Of a DNA stretch of 32,000 nucleotides, positions 30,932 to 32,000 are shown one piece after another; the stretch's first letter is position 1; every line of letters begins with the position of its first letter. The stretch is taken from contig NZ_JBKBHT010000005.1 in assembly GCF_046297595.1 (NCBI RefSeq), positions 145,179-177,178 on the forward strand, in the 5' to 3' direction. The stretch comes from Ferrovibrio sp. GTDB taxonomy: Bacteria > Pseudomonadota > Alphaproteobacteria > Ferrovibrionales > Ferrovibrionaceae. The position numbers and the translations under genes are program-made. The notes below the pieces were generated by a model. That model was not told the origin of the DNA. It did no database searches and was given only the letters and a program-made list of their open reading frames with translations.

Positions 30932-31231
30932 TCAGCGCGACCAGATGAGCTTGTGTTCGCTCTGATCGCCCTGGATCAGGGTCGCGTAGATCGGCGCCGG
31001 GAAGGAGGGATCATCGATCTTGACCGAGAGGTATTCGGTGCCCGATTCCTTGGCCGCCTTGCTCCAGGCGGCACCCAGTTCGACGCCGTTGGCGGTGACC
31101 CGGAAGTCGGGCGCACGTTCGCTGTCCTTGGCGACGGGCTTGATGACCGCCTTGACGTTGATGTTGAGGGTGCGGATCGTGCCGGCGAAGGTGCCGTCGT
31201 CGCTGCGGGTAAAGGTGCCGATCTGAGCCAT
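30932..31231 (-). CDS. DUF736 domain protein (copy 3)
   Basis: 99 aa from ATG 31231 (AGGAGA SD). MAQIGTFTRSDDGTFAGTIRTL...APDFRV...ELGAAWSKAAKESGTEYLSVKIDDPSFPAPIYATL...LIWSR. The upstream part of the 193-aa track ORF is not protein-like. Confidence 0.88.
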   Translation of the reverse strand: MAQIGTFTRSDDGTFAGTIRTLNINVKAVIKPVAKDSERAPDFRVTANGVELGAAWSKAAKESGTEYLSVKIDDPSFPAPIYATLIQGDQSEHKLIWSR

Positions 31232-31772
31232 GTCGTATCTCCTGACTTTTGCCGAAGCCGCCCGATGCGGCCTCGTGGCTGTCGAGAGGCGACGGGTCGG
31301 ACGGCTGCACCCAGCGGGCCGCAGCGTGAGCGAAGGACGGCGAAAGCCGGGCTTGTTGGCTCGCGAGGAATGCGGCGCAGCCGCAGGGGAAGAAGGTCGG
31401 CGAAGCCGTTGCAGGCATAGGCCGTCCCGGCGCCAGATCAGCCCCGAACAGAGGCCATCCGGCGGCTTCACCGGCACCGTCAGCCGGAACGACAATGGTC
31501 GGTACGCCTTCACAAATCAGCGGCGCGCCTTGCGTCGGTCTGCTTGAACTGACGAACTGAGGTCCGAGCCCGTCTCCTGATCCGCGCCTATGCACGTATC
31601 AACCTCACATCCGGTCGCCGCCCGTGCGGTCGAACCAATATCCCGCTTGCGGCGGCAAGGGCTCAGGAGGGCGATTCCAGACTCGATGACGGCATTGTTG
31701 CCAGGCCGCAGATACGGTCGCCCACCTCGATCCGCAGGGCTGATCAAGCCCCGACGGAACTCAAAATCTCCA

Positions 31773-32000
31773 TTATGCGCGCACGGTGGCGCCTTCGATG
31801 ACCACGCCGGCGGTGGCGTACTTCCACAGCGCCACCAGCAGCTTCCTGGCCAACGCGGTGATCATGGTCTTCTTCATGCGGCCGCCATTGCGTTCGACAC
31901 GATCGCGAAACCACTTGGTGAGCTCGGAGCCCGGCTGATGCCGAATCCAGAGCCAGGCGAGCTGGATCAGCGTGCTGCGCAATCGGCCGTTGCCGGACTT
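31773..32000 (-). CDS. IS110-family transposase, C-terminal 75 aa (gene continues beyond the window end)
   Basis: ...KSGNGRLRSTLIQLAWLWIRHQPGSELTKWFRDRV...GRMKKTMITALARKLLVALWKY... is the conserved IS110/IS1111 C-terminal region. The frame is open to base 32000; the track's start at 31982 is a TTG artefact. Confidence 0.8.
   Translation of the reverse strand, partial: KSGNGRLRSTLIQLAWLWIRHQPGSELTKWFRDRVERNGGRMKKTMITALARKLLVALWKYATAGVVIEGATVRA

Larger units (their letters stand above)
9823..31231 (-). mobile_element. Conjugative-element backbone (ICE or plasmid) with trb-type MPF-T type IV secretion system, Tn4371 / ICEMlSymR7A-like gene order; true ends not in view
   Basis: Uninterrupted co-directional set of transfer, relaxase, partition/replication and regulatory genes listed individually below. 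Confidence 0.9.

Noticed and set aside
31230-31747. Track ORFs 31230-31547 (+), 31011-31595 (-) and 31517-31747 (-) in the gap upstream of DUF736 copy 3
   Set aside because: Arg/Ser/Pro-rich with no start context. One of them runs through the DUF736 gene in another frame. Treated as non-coding.

Overview
High-GC (roughly mid-60s %) alphaproteobacterial-type DNA with about 43 supportable genes, all but four on the minus strand.

Backbone (9.8-31.2 kb): this is the conserved backbone of a conjugative element of the Tn4371 / ICEMlSymR7A kind. On the minus strand, from high to low coordinates, it carries:
- two DUF736 genes
- an XRE (QseC-like) regulator
- a single-domain DUF2285 protein (QseM-like)
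- a split DUF6499/DUF2285 activator gene that needs a +1 frameshift (FseA-like)
- an excisionase-type HTH gene
- repA
- a repeat-rich operator/centromere region
- parA (frame-broken), its RHH partner and DUF2840
- traF (S26 peptidase)
- a third DUF736 gene
- a lytic transglycosylase
- a 244-bp non-coding candidate oriT with a TATCCTG/CCA nick motif
- a DUF3363-type relaxase, traG and a copG-like gene
- trbB-C-D-E-J-(K-alt)-L-F-G-I and DUF2274

I saw no integrase, att site, tRNA, rRNA or CRISPR array, so ICE versus plasmid cannot be decided from this window.

Cargo/flank (0-9.8 kb): the theme is oxyanions.
- a frame-broken lysR
- an ACR3/BASS-like permease
- an HTH-only ModE-like regulator with a Mo-box-like palindrome
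- modABC with a TSUP (TauE/SafE) permease translationally coupled to modC
- a ChrB-N-like / EEP-phosphoesterase / MFS three-gene module
- an orphan AbiEi N-domain ORF and a DUF2798 gene

Right edge: 31.77-32.0 kb is the 3' end of an IS110-family transposase.

Novelty: most of the window is recognisable, and I cannot demonstrate a brand-new system. The least explained parts are:
- the co-directional XRE / DUF2285 / frameshifted-activator cassette and its likely target
- the three diverged DUF736 genes
- the RHH-DUF2840-traF coupling
- the repeat array between repA and parA
- the ChrB-N/EEP/MFS module

Caveats: all three frame breaks lie in short homopolymers (G7 in lysR, a C2 run expected to be C3 in parA, TTTCCC in the FseA-like gene), so read-level verification is needed. 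All family assignments come from motif recognition by eye, not from database searches. Many long ORFs in the supplied track are high-GC shadow frames.
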